From positions 7,942,771-8,006,770 of the forward strand of contig CAJINV010000004.1 in assembly GCA_905178155.1 (NCBI GenBank): a stretch of DNA of 64,000 nt, read 5' to 3'. The position numbers and the translations under genes are program-made. A model generated the notes under the pieces. The model did no database searches. It was not told the DNA's origin and worked only from the letters and a program-made list of their open reading frames with translations. The stretch's first letter is position 1, and every line of letters starts with the position of its first letter. Shown piece by piece: positions 1 through 11,944 of this stretch. This DNA comes from Amoebophrya sp. A120 (Eukaryota; Protista; Dinoflagellata).

Positions 1-966
1 TACTCTACACATCTTCTTTTCCATAGTATCGAATAAGATCAGGATACAACTACAACGACCTAGTTTTTATCTGATAGATGGCGCAGGAGGTGGACGAGCA
101 CAACACGCTATCAGGATAGGCTACCATCAATTGTACTAAGAGGGGCCGCTTTTTTTCGGTTTCGCTCTGGAGATTCTTTACTACGGGGGAAGAATTTATT
201 ATTCAGCTTTTTTTGAACACAAAAATCTATGCGAGTTTTTTATCGGAAAACAAGCGCAATAAAAATATACAATCAAAATTCATCACAACCAGCACGTGGA
301 TGAAACCCTGCCGCTCGAGGGTTCTTGCAACGAATCTGGCAGACGAGTAGACCAGAGATTCGAAGGGAGCAGATTGGTTGTTCGAGGAAGGAGCAAGACT
401 TCAATGGAAAAAACGAAGGCAGCATGCGTTACTGGCGTGATGTCGACGACATGAAGATCTTGAATTTATTTTGTCGGCTAGCTGCATTTTTAGCAGCAGT
501 TCGCTGCTATATACACTGCGACAAAGGTGGATCCAGCTACATAGAAATCCTAAACTGAGCAAGAAGACCTAGCAGCAGCACTGCAACATTGAGACCTGTA
601 CCTGCTCGTATCAAAAATGAAGTGAACGTCAGCAAAACCAAAAAGCAAAAACCATTGCGAAAAAGATCATCACATGCGACTGATGCCATTAGCAATTTTA
701 CTTGGACTCATTGCATAGCCAACATTTGATGTACTTCACTCCATATCAACAACCTTTCTCAACATCTCCTTTTGCTTCTCAGAAAACCGCACTCGATTTT
801 GTACGGATAGAAAATTTGGATTTGCAATCTCAATTCCGATTTTTTAGGCGATAAAGTTTGCGGTTGTCGTAATTTGGCAGTAGTTTTCGACCACTTCTAG
901 TCTCTGTAATTTCCGAAGTTTTTTTCGGGTGGATCATTTAAGGCTAAAACTCTCTCGCACAATAAA

Positions 967-1816
967 ATGTCGAGCTCCGGTGACAAGACTGCTGCTGCTG
1001 CCGCCCAGCAGAACCCGTTGGCCCACCTTCCAATCCCGCCGTTTCTGACCAACAAGGAGCAGCCGATCGGTATAATTTTGGTGAATTTGTAATGCATGTC
1101 ATGCATAATATTACAAAAGTGGCTTTTGCATGACAGAAATCGGAAAATGCACGCGAAATATTAAATCAACCCTACTCCTCCAGGTTGGGCCTTCTCCTCT
1201 TTTCTGGAGTTTATCATCGACAGCAAGCGACTCTTATCAAATGCAAATATGTCTGGGTCTGGAAGAGTCCGAGATTTGTCATGCAGTTTTTCCAAGCTCT
1301 CCCACGTCTGGAATGCAGGGCCTAGCGCACAGGGTCTGCAGCCCCTTGGAGGTGATGCCGACCCTGCATAAGAAATGCTCTCTCAGCATGATGGCTAGAA
1401 GTGTGGGCACCTTTTCTTGCACGTCATGCATCACAGATCTTTGTGAGATCTGCACCACGCATCACAAGTTCGGATCCTCCCTGACCCAGACATGTTTGCA
1501 GTGGATAACCCTTGCAGCGATGCACCAAGCCGGACGCGCGGGAATTCAAGAAGATTTCGGTGGCGTGCGCTATCGGCTTCGCGATTATGGGCTTCATCGG
1601 GTATAATGTTGTCTACTAATATGTCTTTGGCGTTCTTTTGCATGAAAAAAATTATTTTCAAACCTGAAACAGCATGACAAATTCAATTTTTATTTTTGCC
1701 GATGAAATTTGTGATGCTATTTATGCTAGCTGCATTACTTTTGCAATGCATACAGGTACGTCGTCAAGCTGGTGTTCATCCCGATCAACAACATCATCGT
1801 CGGGATGGGAATGTAA
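967..1816 (+). CDS. SEC61G: Protein transport protein Sec61 subunit gamma (4 exons)
   Basis: Spliced product ...[58 protein letters not shown] matches the Sec61gamma/SSS1 consensus. Introns: 1070-1183 (GT-AG), element 1235-1507, 1601-1755 (GT-AG). Confidence 0.95.
1235..1507. mobile_element. Intronic TIR element, family A (TIR ..GCAAAAATGTCTGGGTCTGGAAG)
   Basis: TAT..ATA; DR ACTCT/ACCCT. Confidence 0.9.
1602..1752. mobile_element. Decayed element, now a GT-AG intron
   Basis: Ends TTTTGCAATGCATA; CGGG/CAGG. Confidence 0.6.
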
Positions 1817-3040
1817 AACGGGATCAGAAATTTAGTACTTGGTTTGAGCAAAAACTTCATTTCGCGCACGACCGGAAGCCCATCGTACACAGTTTCACCC
1901 AGCTGTTGAACTTAGCCAGCACACGATCTGCTCTACGTAGGAGCCGAGAACTACAGAAGCACGACTTCTTGCGGCCGGGTACATCAGCGATATTAACCAC
2001 AACCTGCGGCATCATCTACCAAAGTAGATGGCGCTTCTTCTTCACAAGAACAGGTGCTATAGCTATGACGACCGACGAGCATGGTGCGAAGGAGCCTGGG
2101 TCATGTTCGTGGGCTGAAGCAATGAATGCAACGCCGTAGTATTGAAGAGCCCGTTTCAAAATGTAGTTTTTGTACCCAAAATAAGATGAACCACGACAGC
2201 ACTAAGCGTGTATCACAAATTCAATGTTGATTTTGTATCCACAACGCATCATGTAGTGCAATTACCAGATGTAGTTCATGTGTTTAGAAAACACGACCTA
2301 TGTACTATCACTCTATCAGTATCACTAACACTGTCACAATTTTACACTTGTCACTTTCACACTTTTCTGTTCACTTTCGAATCTACTCCGAAAGAATGAC
2401 TCTGATGCACTACCCTGATTTGTATTTGAAGACTTTTACTACATTCGCAACACTGTTGTAGCAAAGCAAGCACTTGTTCTACCCAGACCAAAATTTCGAA
2501 GAAAAAGCTGTTCTTGCAGCTGCGCAATTTAGCGAAAGCACAGGCTCCTGTGCGCTGCCATCGTCCTTGCAAGGGACCTTGCTTTAGTGTTTCGATGTGC
2601 CCTGCTCAACTCTTTGTCGCTCGACCTCGAATGGGGAAGCCTCTGTAAGAATATCTTGCCTACCCCAGTTTCAACTAACGGTTTGTTGCAAAAATCCGTC
2701 GTTGCATCGTGAACAACGACACATAGAGAGCGAGCTGCATCTGAGTGCCAACAAGGGAATGGATTGCTGTGATCGGAAGTAGAAGTAGACACACTACTTA
2801 CTCCGGGTCGAGAGAGACGAGTTTTTTCGTGGGAGGCGTCGTACGGGCTGGTGACGCATGATATGACCATTGAGTGCTAGTTTCGTCTCGATTTCTTACC
2901 GCATGTTTTTTTACTTCAATGACAAGTCGCTTGCGCTTCTTCTTCTAACTAATTAAACCGCAAATATTTTTTGTACAGGCAGTCATTGTAGGTAGTCAGA
3001 ATGGAGCTTTAGTAGGTACTTCTAAGTTTTATTTAGACCC

Positions 3041-6000
3041 ATGTTGCAAGACATGTGGCAGCAGCAGCAAAGCAGACGGCAACACCGCCGGACGCTGCTC
3101 CTCTTGGGACGACCACCAGGGACGATAGTACCGCAGCGTCAGCACCGGTGGGTTTCTTTCTTCGCTTTCAGTTGCAGTGTACAACTTTCTTTGCGAGCGA
3201 GTGCTGGAGCAACGACAAGCAACGAGGATGCAGATCCTGGTACAAGAACCAGAACCTCTTCCACGGTGGAACAAAGAAGAATGGATGAAAGCATCAGCAA
3301 CGCCCATTCCAAGAGCGACCGGGACTACACCGAAGTTGAACAATACCTTTATTTATCAATTGCAAAAGTGTCTGGGTCTGGAAGAGTCCGAACTTGTGAT
3401 GCTGTCTCTGGATTCTGAAAAAAATTGTATTGCATGACCAGCAAGAGGGTTCCAGTTTGTGCTACGCGGAAAGGGCATTTCTCATGCGGAAGGTGAATCA
3501 GGAAGGCCTCTAAGAGTCTGCGATGCTAGGTCATGCATTGCAGGCATCATGGGTCATGAGAAATATGCATGACAGATCTCGCATTCTTCCAGACCCAGAC
3601 ATTTTTGCATTTGATATTATTTCTCCGATGAACAAGCGGGCATCGATGCCGAGGGCCAGGTGCAGAACGAGATTTCTGCGACGAGCAGACACGATAAGCT
3701 ACTACACCGGCGGAACAAAAAGGGAAAAAACGGCAAGAACGTAAACGACTTGATGTCCACTTCTTCTTCTTCTTTTTCAAACCCGGCCACGTTTTTACAG
3801 GAGCCGCAGCAAGAACTACCTCTAGTACCCGGTACTACTTCTACCGGTAGTAGCAGTACAAGAAGAAGTCGAAATGATGATCAAGATCATGATGCAAGAA
3901 GTACAGCGTCTCGACAGCTACGCCTGCTCCCTGTCGAAGGAAAAAATCACCGAAAACCGCCACAGCAGCTTCGTCAGGACCACCACGAGGAAAGCAGAAG
4001 AGCCGACAGTTACTTCCTGCAAAAAAAATCGTCTGAAAGAAAAGCCAACAATGTGGTCGAGATCGGCCCGCCCTACCCGCCGAACGCGATGCTGAGCCGG
4101 TGCCACGACGTTATCAAAAGGAAAAATCCCCCGTCCCCTTATCAAAACGAAGGTTCTGATGCAGGATTTGCGTACACAAATCAGATCTGTCTTGCTGGAG
4201 AGAAATGCAGGCCCATACTAAGCCTAAGTAGAGAGGTTTTGGCCTAGGCGTCTAGCATGAGGAACGTCCGTGCTGTAGGCCCATCAGCATCACAAACCGC
4301 CTGCACAATGCTGCGGCGCTTGTGGAGGTGCCTTCTTGCAAGACGGACGCGATTTGTGGTCTCAAATCAGCAACACAAATTTTCGGAAACATACCTTTTC
4401 GATATGGGGAGGGGGGGTTTTTCCTGTTAATAGACGTTCTCGCCTGTTTAGATGGCTTGGAATACTTCCCGGACCGTGGGCAAGGTACGGTAGAACTTTA
4501 CTATGCACTGTGGTAGTACAGCTGGTTAGTCTTCGTTTACGTGTATGTTGACTACGTGAAAGGAAGGTGTGTCTATAATTTTCGTATCATGCAGAGCCAG
4601 AACTGTACAACCTAGTTGCAGTCGAGAAAGCTGACTTTTATTGCAAAAGATACATCAGTCATCTGTACGACCGGCATCACCAGTTGTGAGCTGCACTAGA
4701 TCAATTTGGATAAAATCAAAAAAAACATCACTCACAGGCGGAAGCACTATGCATTGCAAAAGGAAAAGCATCATACTCGTATAAATGCATTACAACTTTC
4801 CTCAGCATGAGAAATAAAATTTGTAATGCGGATTTACCTTAAGAGCAAGATTTGTAATGCAAGACTTGCATTTATACGAGTACGATACTTTTGCAATGCA
4901 TAAGTACTATTCACCAGCAGCCTTTCGCCACGAAGCGGCTGACGCGCGAAGATATTCGTGCTAAATTCCAAGACTATCCTAAGCAAAAACGTCCCCACCC
5001 CATAGTCAAGTTGGGAATCTAGCAACACAAGTCGCCAAGTTTTGGGAGCTGTGCATGACAAGTTTCCCTCTGCAGTGTGGTGCTGGTTGGCAAAGGAAGC
5101 CGCATTAGAAAGCCATTTTCTCATCCTATGCACAGCATTACAAATTCCAAAACGCGATTGCAAAAGCCTCTCATGGAGCTGCGCATAACAAATGCTGCTG
5201 TCATTGCGCAGTTGCATGACAACTCTGGGGCGGGGACGTTTTTACTCAGGATAAAGACAAAGCGCTGCTCATCGTGCAAACCTGCGTCGTATCAAATGCA
5301 AATATGTCTGGGTCTGGAAGGATGCAAGGTTTGCCATGCTTGTCTGGCATGACCGTCAACTCTGTGATGCTTAGGCGCGAAAAGTAGATCCTCTTGCCTG
5401 TCATGCAAAAATGGAGCCTGCCATGCGGAATACGCAACACAGATGAGCTCAAAAACTTGTCATGCTTGGCCACCTATTTTTGCAGTGAGCTCATCATTCA
5501 CAGAGTTGCATCACAAGTTTCCAGACCCAGACATATTTGCATTTGATACGTCGGGCTGGAAGAAACGGGGGCGCACTTGCGGTTTCTGGAGGAACATTTT
5601 CGCACACGGTACCAGAGCAACCGGCTCGCGATGTATCCTGTGTAAATAAAGCGTCCCCACCACAGAATTGTCATGCAAATCTGCAAGCCTAAGCCGTAAT
5701 ATTCATGCGCGGCAACAGCATGAGGAGCGTGTCCTAGTTCTAAAATACTATAATTTCGGGATTTGTAATGCTGGACTCAGGGTATTAAGGAAGCCGATGC
5801 TTGTCATGCGGTTGCACCTGGTAGAGGCATGCTAGTACACAACTACGAGCTCAACAAACTTGTCATGCGCAACAGCCAATCGGCGAGCTGCTTTCTGTAC
5901 CGCAAAGGTGTAGCCATCTCGAGGACCTTGCGGTGAAGACGCCGTCTTTACTCAGGATACAATATTGGTTTTCCCAACGGACGGTACCGACGAGTATTCC

Positions 6001-9000
6001 GCCTGCGTTCCGCACCCGGCGGGCGCGGCGGCGAGACAAATTGCCGCGGGCAAATCCTTATGGATTGCAAAAGTATCGTACTCGTATAAATGCATTACAA
6101 ATTTTTTCAGCATGAGAAATAAAATATGTAATGCAGATTTGCCTTAAGACAAAGATTTGTATATGCAAGACTTGCATTTATACGAATACGATACAGTTGC
6201 ACAGGATAATCCTACGCTGAACTCGAGCACTTGAGCGTGAAAGTGTTCGACGCCGCCGGCCAGGACGCCGGGCTGCAAATTGCGCTGCATGCGGGACTAT
6301 GCATTGCAAATGTGTCTGGGTCTGGAACAAGAAGGGAACTTGTGATGCTAACTTTGGACTCTATAAAAAATCTGTATTGCGTGACCAGCGAAAGAGTAGT
6401 CCAGTTTGTGCTACGCGGGGAGGGCATTTGTCATGCGGAATAGGCATCTGGATCTGGAAACTCTCTAAAAATCTGTGATGTTAGGTCATGCATTGCAGAC
6501 ATCCTGGGTCATGCCAAATAGGCATGACAAATCTACTCGCAATCTCCCAGACCCAGACATATTTGCACCTGATAGGGACCGCACCAGCTCCCGCCCACCT
6601 CTGCCGTCGTTACCGTGTTCGCGCTACTAGAAGGAATAACTGCCCCTCCCCATATCGAAAAAGAATTTTGTGATGCTGTATTTGAGTTTCACAAGTCGAT
6701 TTGTATTGCTAGAAGGGCAAGAGCCGCAGCTGTGGCCTCGTTTGCAGGCAATTTGTCATGCTGTTTCCCACTTCCAGCTGCCTCTCGCTATGCTGAAGAT
6801 GCAAGGCATTCCCACGCCCCCAGCACTACAATCCGCATCTTTTTCCTTCAAGCATAACAAAGCTGATACGTGACCACAAATGTGCATTACAGATTTCCGT
6901 TTTGATATGGGGAGGGGGAATTTTTCTTCTTGATACGCGCCAGCGTCCTCGCGTTTCACCGATGTGCATGTGGCCAGCCACATGGCAGATGCATGGTTGG
7001 CGAATGACGCCGAAGCCGCCTGCCCCGTAATGTCTCCTACGTGGGCCTGCATATTAACCCATCCGGATAAGGTACCAGCTTCATTTCTGTGACGTAAGGG
7101 CCTTACAGAGTTTGTGTTTTACTTACTTTCATGTATCTCTCGACAGACTCAGACATAATAAAAGCATCGAAGACCCAGACTCACCTCCCCGTCGGCTTCA
7201 ATGGATAAAAAAAAAACAAATTCAAATGAAACCATACTGTACAAAAGGTCTACCAACAAGCGTTCACGGAAAAAGACCTGGCGCGCCTCGCCTCAGAACG
7301 GTTCTGGAGCCACGTAAAATCCGACAAGGCGCACTTTATCCTGAAGGGCCAGGGAGCAGTGCAGCCGGCGAACCAGGAGGCCACCGCTTTGCCCTACCCC
7401 TTTGTAAAATTTCTTGTAGACGTGCACGGTTTTGTCCGCGGTCGCTACGGTGGGCGGGAATGGCACGAGGCGCAGGGGTATGTAGTATGAATTGCAAAAG
7501 CATTGTACTGTATCCAATGCAAAAGTGTCTGGGTCTGGAAGAATACGCGATTTGTCATGCAACTTTTCCATGACCCATGAGGTCTGGAATGCAGGACCTA
7601 GCATGACAGATTCTGTGCGATCTCTCTCATGCCTATTCTGCATGAGAAACCCCCTCCCGACTTGGTCAAAACTGGACGACTTTTGGTAATTATGCAACAC
7701 AGATTTTTGCATGCTTCAGATTTAGCATGCGAAGTTGCATTCTTCCAGACCCAGACATTTTTACATTTGATATACTGTACAACTAGCATAAATTGCAAAA
7801 CGAATTTTCTCAGCATGAGGAATGAAATTTGCAATGCGGATTTCGTTTGAGAAAGAGATTTGCAATGCATGACTGCGATTAGCACGAGCAGTGCGATGCT
7901 TTTGCAATGCATATGTCGCAAGCTCCTACAAATGGTCCATGAGCTCCTACAATGACGATGATCAGGATATGGGATTCTCAATTGTTACATTCCCAACCGT
8001 TACATGAATTTGTGATGCAAGAATGGCAACAGGGAAAGGCCGGATCTTGCAGCTCTTGCATTACAAATTCGGCACAGAGTACCATGCTGCTTAGCCCTTC
8101 CAAAATTGTCATGCGAAGTAGCTCTACCGTGTATACGTTGATGCTCATTGTGCATGACAAATCATCTAACAGTTGAGAATGTAACATGTGAGAACGCCAT
8201 ACAGGAACTGCAGGACGCCGTCAAGCAGGTGGTAGACGCAGAGACCAGCAAGGCCCATGTGGTATATGGGCCTTGGGCCAGTGCCAGCAGCGCGCGGACC
8301 TCCAAGGCGCAGGGTTTGTACGATCTACTGAAAACTCTCGAGCCCCTTCCGGCCCCGGAGCAGGCCAGCGACTCTGAAGATGAGGAGTACAACCAGCATC
8401 CGCCGGGACAGGAGCCCTGGGACGGTACTTGCTTCAGTAACCGGGTGCTGCTCGTGCTCACCTTGCCCATGAGTTGCGTGCTGCCGCAGCCCACGGAGCA
8501 GCTGCTGATTCGTCTACACACGCAGTTTTGGAACAAGCCCGTGACTTTTTTACTGTTTCCAACCCCAACCTTCCCCGGGAGCGGCGCAGTGGAACCACGA
8601 GGGCCGCAGCAACACACGACGCAACACCAGTCCGGAGCTTTCGACGCCTGCTACAGTCTACTGTCCGATCTGGAGCAGCTATCCAAGAAAAAAACGTTGT
8701 TAGTGTAAATTTGTGATGCGAGCGCAACATGCAAGTCGATTGCGTCTTTCATGCTTGGCATGCATCGTGGGGTCCATTAAAGGGCGTGTTCGCTTACTAT
8801 CTGCGCATGGCAGGTTTTTGCTGTCATGCAAGAGATATTTGATGTCATGCTGATCCTCCAAAAAAGTATACACCTACAATGTTTTTTTCTTGGAAAGCAG
8901 CGACTCGACGAACATCACGACGCGTCCTTGGACAGTCATTATGCATCTTGTAAAAGTTTCCTCGTACTGGCATCGATTGTATTTACAAATAGAAGGCCTC

Positions 9001-11944
9001 GTTCTTCCAATTTGTACCAGAAAAAACTGCAATTTGTACCATATGACTGAGTTCGTCCCATTGGCCATAGATCTGTCATGTGCATCACTGAAAGTAAGTA
9101 CGAAAACCTACGATGGTGCTTTTGTATTTGATAGTCTTGACGGGAGAACTACAGCAATGACCTCTTCGTCTCGCCGCGACAGCGGTGGCTCGCAGATTAC
9201 CCCGTTGAGTCTGTGCCAGCCCCGGAAACCCTGCGCCAAGGTGTTATGAACTGCAAAAGTATCGTACTCGTATAAATGCATTACAAATTTCCTCAGCATG
9301 AGAAAAAATTTGTAATGCGGATTTACCTTAAGAAAAAGATTTGTAATGCATGACTGCAACACGAGTGCGATACTTTTGCACAAGATAGGTGTTCCCCGCG
9401 GTCCATGTGAACCGGAAGAGTTTTCACCCAACGATATCCTAGGTAAAAACGTGCCCACCCCATAGTTGTCATGCAATTCTGCATGCCAAAAAAGTTTCTC
9501 ATGCGGAGCCCTATGAGAAGCATTTTCTATTCGTGCTTTGGAATTTGTGATGCTAGAATCAGCATGCTATGCTAGATCTGTGATGCGTCTGAACCAACTA
9601 AGCAGGACTACACTACGAGGACAAACTTGTCATGCCAGACAACCAAGGCTGGCTGATTTGTCTAGCAGATTTCCCATCTTGACTATGGTGTAGACACGTT
9701 TTTACTCAAGATAAACGACCGGCGCGGAGTTACCCAACGCCGACGTGGCGCCCTTATTCGAGTTTCTGAAAGGCGAGGCGCCGGAGTTCGGGCACGTGTC
9801 TACGAGGAGCAAAGGTGAAAATGGAGAGGCGACAAGTAGTACTATCTAATCGGAACAAATATGTCGTCACTGTGTTTAGAGGTCCTGTCGAAAGATTTTT
9901 ATGCAGCACATTTTTGTAATGATTGCTCAAAAGTTTATCTTTAGTCGCATCGATTTTGACGGAGTTGTGATCTTGTCTCCATGTGGTGCGGCTGTAAAAG
10001 CGCATGACAAGTTCAATATTTGATGGCTCCTTCATCTCGGCACCACAGAAGCGCGCAAAAATTTGTCATGCTTGGCTGCTTAATTTCTAATTTTATACAC
10101 TTACTTTCTTTGCTACTCGTCTTGTCTACTAGCATGACAAATTCCCAGTGACGGAGATCGATGTTTGCCCTGCATAGGGGGTGATGAAATATGAAATGCA
10201 AAAGCATCGTACTAGTATAAATCGCATGACAAATTTCCTCAGCATGGGAAAAAAAATTTGTAATGCGGATTTTACCTGAGAAAGAAATTTGTGATGCATG
10301 AATGCGATTAGTACGAGTGCGATAGTTTTGCACAGGATATGAAAAAGCGTGGTACGAAGCGGTGTCGGAAAACGTGTCGTGGCTATATGCATTGCAAAAG
10401 TAACGTACTAGTATAAATTGCATTACAAATTTTCTCAAGAAGAAAAGTGGAATTTGTAATGCTGTTTTACCTTTGGACGAAGATTTGTCATGCGTATTTG
10501 CAATTAGTACGAGTACGATACTTTTGCACAGCATAGGCTAATGGTATCCACAACTGCAATGACCATGTCTAGGTCTGGAACAAACGTTCTAGAAACCTGT
10601 GATGCGCATTTCGGATCAGACAAAAACCTGTCATGCATGGACAGGAAATAAAGTAGCCCTGTGGTATTCATCGTGATCAGGTACAACTTATTGAGCCAAT
10701 AGTACCACAACGCCGTCGAACCTGTGATCATGCTATAATTGCTTCTATCTGCAAGAGCTACTACTGGGTCACTTCATGGAAAAAGAGCATGACAAGAAAA
10801 ATATCCCGAACAAACCAGACAGGCTTGCGAAAATGCATACATGGGCACGACGACGACGCCGGAACAATCTGGCTACACGGTGGTGGAGGACCCGGCCATT
10901 GAGTAAAATAGCTTTTGACGTAGTAGAAAATTATGAGAATGTTGTAAGACATTAACAAGTGTATGTTGCATGACCGACTCGTTTTGTTTCCCACGTCAAA
11001 AAACAGAGCATTACTTTTTCGCGGATTCTACAAGAAGGTCATCGACGCCAACACAATAAAATACAACAGCTTGAAGTCGAACTTTGTCGAGTTTCTGATC
11101 GACCGACGGGGATTTCTATGGCGTTCTCAAACGTTACACTCTCAACTGTTACATGAACTTGTAATGCAAGAACGGCAAAAGTGAAACGGCGAAGTTTGCG
11201 CCTTTTGCATTACAAGTTCCGCACAGATTTAGGTGCTGTCTAGCCCCTCGCAGATTTGTCATGCGAAGCAGCTTGACCATCTGGCGGCTTAAGGTAGTTT
11301 TGCATGACAAATCCATGTAACAAAGGCGGCTTAAGGTTGTTGTCTCTCGGTAGAAATCACGCTGTTCAAAAATTTCTGTTTTGGAGTTTACCGGGTACGC
11401 GGTTAAGAGTTTGTCGACGTAATTTACAAAGGGACGCCCTGCCCTTAGTTTCCCAACATGACAAATCCATGTAACAGTTGAGAATGTAACGTTTGAGAAT
11501 CCCATAATTTCCTTGTGGACGGTATGGAACCGGGGTTGCAGATGAACTGTATGCGAGGTATGCATTGCAAATTCGTCATCTCCTGGTGCATCTGGAAGAT
11601 GAGTGCGAGGTTATTGGTCATGCATCTCGTGGATGATCACAAAGCTGGTCTTCTGGAATGCTGCACGACCCAGAAGCATCACAAATTTAATTTGTTTGCA
11701 AGAGTTTCTTAAACCATGCCGATTTCGCATAACGGGATCTTTTGCGAGGCAAGAAATGGACAGTAACTTTTATTGCCGTTCATCTTGTTCGTGCAGCACA
11801 AAGACTTTCGCGATTCAAATTTAGCATGACAAACTTCGAAGCTTCCAAAGAGCCCAGATCTCGATATTTGCAGTGGATACGAGGGTCCTTGCTGCGGACA
11901 TGACTCACCTGGTGGACCCGCAGACCAGTTGTGGAATGGTGTGA
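3041..11944 (+). CDS. Divergent protein with two glutathione-peroxidase-like (thioredoxin-fold) domains; ~21 elements plus several GT-AG introns
   Basis: After element removal, domain 1 reads KALLIVQTCVG...LAMLVFPTD...FVKFLVDVHGFVRGRY. Domain 2 reads RVLLVLTLPMSCVL...TFLLFPT...VFPAVHVN...APLFEFLK...KSNFVEFLIDRRGF. Junctions near 7000-7300 and 9814-10180 are not fully resolved. Confidence 0.7.
3354..3616. mobile_element. Intronic TIR element A
   Basis: DR TTATT. Confidence 0.92.
4112..4432. mobile_element. Intronic TIR element F (TATCAAAAGGAAAAATCCCCC)
   Basis: DR GACGT. Confidence 0.9.
4748..4902. mobile_element. Intronic TIR element B (..TGCAAAAGTATCGTACT)
   Basis: DR AGCAC/AGTAC. Confidence 0.9.
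4975..5253. mobile_element. Intronic TIR element C (TATCCTGAGTAAAAACGTCCCCACCCC)
   Basis: DR AAGAC. Confidence 0.92.
5290..5548. mobile_element. Intronic TIR element A
   Basis: DR CGTCG. Confidence 0.92.
5634..5959. mobile_element. Intronic TIR element C (diverged)
   Basis: DR CGATG/CAATA. Confidence 0.8.
6059..6208. mobile_element. Intronic TIR element B
   Basis: DR ATCCT. Confidence 0.92.
6298..6574. mobile_element. Intronic TIR element A
   Basis: DR GGGAC. Confidence 0.92.
6625..6935. mobile_element. Intronic TIR element F (TAC start)
   Basis: DR CGCGC. Confidence 0.88.
7486..7913. mobile_element. Intronic TIR element B containing a nested A
   Basis: DR TGTAG/TGTCG. Confidence 0.85.
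7511..7772. mobile_element. Nested TIR element A
   Basis: DR TACTG. Confidence 0.92.
7968..8201. mobile_element. Intronic TIR element D (TATGGCGTTCTCAAACGTTACA)
   Basis: DR CAGGA. Confidence 0.92.
8680..8896. mobile_element. Intronic TIR element I (TATGCAAGAAAAAAAC), ends AAA
   Basis: DR GCAGC. Confidence 0.85.
8940..9133. mobile_element. Degenerate element, B-like
   Basis: DR GTCAT/GTCTT; frame restored. Confidence 0.65.
9245..9387. mobile_element. Intronic TIR element B
   Basis: DR GGTGT. Confidence 0.92.
9435..9713. mobile_element. Intronic TIR element C
   Basis: DR AACGA. Confidence 0.92.
10190..10339. mobile_element. Intronic TIR element B
   Basis: DR TGAAA. Confidence 0.9.
10386..10535. 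mobile_element. Intronic TIR element B
   Basis: DR GGCTA. Confidence 0.9.
10545..10839. mobile_element. Degenerate TIR element A
   Basis: DR AATGG/CATGG. Confidence 0.75.
11117..11506. mobile_element. Intronic TIR element D with an internal insert
   Basis: DR ATTTC. Confidence 0.9.
11323..11456 (-). mobile_element. Short insert with a 20-bp duplication, possible 3' fragment of a non-LTR retrotransposon
   Basis: Flanked by CATGACAAATCCATGTAACA at 11303-11322 and 11457-11476; minus strand reads GKLRAGRPFVNYVDKL. Confidence 0.5.
11559..11879. mobile_element. Intronic TIR element, A-like
   Basis: DR CGAGG (gives GT-AG). Confidence 0.85.

Noticed and set aside
3354-3621. Ciliate-type TA-bounded IES or Tc1/mariner TA target duplication
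   Set aside because: The duplicated target is a variable 5-mer outside the TAT...ATA termini and the genetic code is standard. DNA-level excision is not formally excluded but has no support here.
8680-8708. Apparent stop ending ORF 8148-8708 (likewise the stop at 20735)
   Set aside because: Both stops lie within elements, and the frame continues after removal.
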